DNA from: Mytilus californianus
Lineage: Eukaryota
Direction of reading: 5' to 3'
DNA: 64,000 nt
Assembly (NCBI RefSeq): GCF_021869535.1
Contig: NW_026262696.1
Span: 806,001-870,000 of the forward strand
Positions 46,921-64,000 of this stretch are shown here, in pieces. Below the pieces are notes generated by a model. It was given only the letters and a program-made list of their open reading frames with translations, was not told the origin of the DNA and searched no databases. The position numbers and the translations under genes were made by a program. Each line of letters begins with the position of its first letter. Position 1 is the stretch's first letter.

Positions 46921-47123
46921 TATCAAAGAACGTCCTAAAAGCTATCTCAAAATACTTGCTAATACTTTCTGATATTAATCACACATTTTTACATTTTTAT
47001 ATTAGCAAATTTACTTCACATTATTTATATAGCAACAACATGAACAGCGATATCAATATGTGATTGTATCAGACAAAACGCACGGTTAAGTTATCCTTGA
47101 TTATTGTTATCCAATTGATTTAA

Positions 47124-47649
47124 GGCATTCGATACAGTCACAGGGGAGGTAATGACGTCTCTAACGTAAAATCTTATTTTTCGCGACGTCAAACTGTGAC
47201 ATATCGAGAAAAAGATGCATTTTTCAACTGAATTTTATCATTCAAACTGAGTTAACTTGAAAACGAGTTCATGGACCCCTCTTTTTTTAAAAATGACATT
47301 TGGCTTGATTTTGTATGAAGATTATTTGTGCCAACTTTGATAAACAAATTACCGATGTTTTTTATTAGAATTAGATAGATATACAGCAAAACATGCCGTT
47401 TTTTGACAAAAATCATGAAAATCTTTTGAAAGAAAAAAAGTTAGGTGTGTCTTTCCAAAGGATAGAAATGTCCAAGAAACCGACATGTCCAGTTAATATC
47501 TAAAATTTCGAAACCATTTATCTCTAAAAGAACCACATGAAGGTATAATTTTTATTATATATTTGAATTGATAAGATGAAGAATGTCTTATATGCAAACT
47601 TTCAAAATACAAAATAAATCACCGTGGGATCAATACTGTATCGTATGCC
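47124..47649. mobile_element. Non-autonomous TIR element, Kolobok-like
   Basis: TIR GGCATTCGATACAGT / ACTGTATCGTATGCC, flanks TTAA and CTAA. Confidence 0.6.
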
Positions 47650-48100
47650 CTAAAGCCTCCAAACAAACAACACACTCAGAGTCGCTCGCATAAATCTTTC
47701 TGTAAAGAGTTCAGTCCCACAGTGTAAGAACTACTTTTTACATTTTTAGATCGTATTCTCAACGGCATTCGTAGACAATATTCATACTAAATATTTGAAC
47801 ATGGAATACTTGCAACTGGCCATGGAGAAACACGTTTTATTATTTTATACGTATGGTTTTAATTCAAGATCCTTTCCGTGAAATTAAATCCATTTTAAAC
47901 TTTTGCAATTCTTAATGTACGAATCTTAGGATTTTAGATCTTGATGTGCATATTGTGTTTTATTTCCTTATTATAATTTCTGTGTCTGTTTCCTTTTGTT
48001 AACTGAGTTTTGACCATATATAAGAACAGAATACTGTAGAAAATGTTAACCACGCAATAATGATCCACTTATGGACTTAAAAGGTCAATCCTCAAACGTT

Positions 48101-48245
48101 CGTCCAAATTATTTCGGTTTTAAATGCTCTTCAACTTCGTATATAATTTTGCCGGATTCTAGCGTCACTGATTAGTCTAAGGTAGACTAACGCTCGCGTC
48201 TAGTGTACCTAATTTTAAGCGTGGTATCCTTCATATGTTTTTACT
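48101..48245 (+). mobile_element. R1 fragment, degenerate hammerhead
   Basis: aatgctcttcaacttcgta ... agcgtcaCTGATTAGTCtaaggtaGACtaacgctcgcgTCtagtgt. Confidence 0.55.
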
Positions 48246-49064
48246 AGTGGATGTTATTTTTTATTTAGCTTCGGTTAATACAGTTGTTAGTAGGTGACCT
48301 GTTGCAAGATAAAATATCTGTCCCCCATTTCAATGGCAGTCAAAATTCCAGCCCTACAACCCGATCGACCAACTTTTCGAACATACCTTTATGACTTATT
48401 ATTAATTTGTTCTTGTCTAAATATGCATAAACTATTTACCACTGGACGTTAAGCAAACAATCAATTAATCAATATAATAACGAGCAGAAAATTAAAAACA
48501 ACGTTGCTTATTTCCGCACTTTCATTGAATATATTTGTGTCATCCAATAATACTCCTATCTGAGACTACTAGTGTGTATTATTAGTCTCATTTCCAGTCG
48601 ACATGCATTTCTATGTCTATCAATATAATGTGCCATCATGTGTTTGACTTAGCCTGCAATTTGAAAGTTTCAGGTGAAAATTTTGTTGTTGATGTACGAC
48701 TTTTTGTATGATATCTGTGAACACACAATAAAATATCACAACAGATAATTACCATGGTCCGTTCAGATTAAAAAATTTCAAACATTGCCGTGACACTTGT
48801 TAGTGAAGAGGTATGGTCAACGACAACACAATATATTTGCTGTTACTACTCGTTCCAAATTACGGAAATGCACTTATTCCGTTGCAAAAGGACCGACAAC
48901 GAACCAAAATTATCTTTACAAATAACCCTTACTTTTGACGCAGACATCTATGATTTTTTATATTGTAAATGAGATCAACATAATGTTGATGGAACGAACG
49001 ACATTTGTCCAACTGTTTTGAAAGTTATTTAGATAAACAAACAATTATATTTTTTGTTGTTAAT

Positions 49065-49070
49065 TTTATT
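49065..49070 (-). terminator. Probable polyadenylation signal of Col-B (AATAAA)
   Basis: tttatt on plus strand about 40 nt downstream of the stop, a similar position to Col-A. Confidence 0.45.
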
Positions 49071-49110
49071 ATATTCAACAAAGTTATGTACAAAATATTT
49101 CGAGTTAGTT

Positions 49111-63764
<14,654 letters not shown>

Positions 63765-64000
63765 CTACAAGTTTAATGTTATTTATTAGAATTTGTGTCA
63801 GTTTTAATATACATACCCATGCAATCTACACTTGGAGTCTTCAGTTGTTGTGGCTTGCTCCAAGTCATTAATACAAATATTGAAAAGATTGGGACTGATA
63901 GAATCCCCCTGTCTTACTACCCTGAATATCTCCAAGCGTTTGTGATATTTTATAATTTCTTTTTTACTAGGTAATGGATACAAATACTTTGCCTAACAAC

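Noticed and set aside
45683-47063. Long ORFs of 142-281 aa on both strands
   Set aside because: They arise because the 45-bp and 51-bp units are multiples of 3 and lack stops. There is no splice context and no synonymous-biased variation that I could see.

Overview
AT-rich, intron-rich eukaryotic DNA. The repeat content suggests a bivalve mollusc, probably Mytilus (inference, no search run). Three spliced genes lie head-to-tail on the minus strand. (1) The 5' part of a thioester-containing protein gene (CD109/iTEP, alpha-2-macroglobulin family): 9 exons, 288 aa in the window, running off the left edge. (2) A complete 22-exon, 1369-aa secreted collagen (Col-A): signal peptide, one MIDAS-intact vWA domain, 354 uninterrupted Gly-X-Y triplets and a short C-tail with no COLFI/NC1 domain. 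(3) The 3' 16 exons of a paralog (Col-B). Its 13 helix exons have exactly the same lengths as Col-A's although the X/Y residues have diverged strongly, and both proteins end in TKV(T/E)AKAY*. Introns and intergenic DNA are dense with mobile DNA: about 10 hammerhead-ribozyme (retrozyme-type) fragments of two families, one with an intact core; Penelope-like (Naiad-type) RT remnants, one split by nested insertions; Kolobok-, Tc1- and other MITE-like elements; a divergent pair of Pol III-type promoters; and several minisatellites, including back-to-back 45-bp and 51-bp arrays. The most promising undescribed system is the length-locked, Lys/Asp-rich, Pro-poor vWA-collagen pair.
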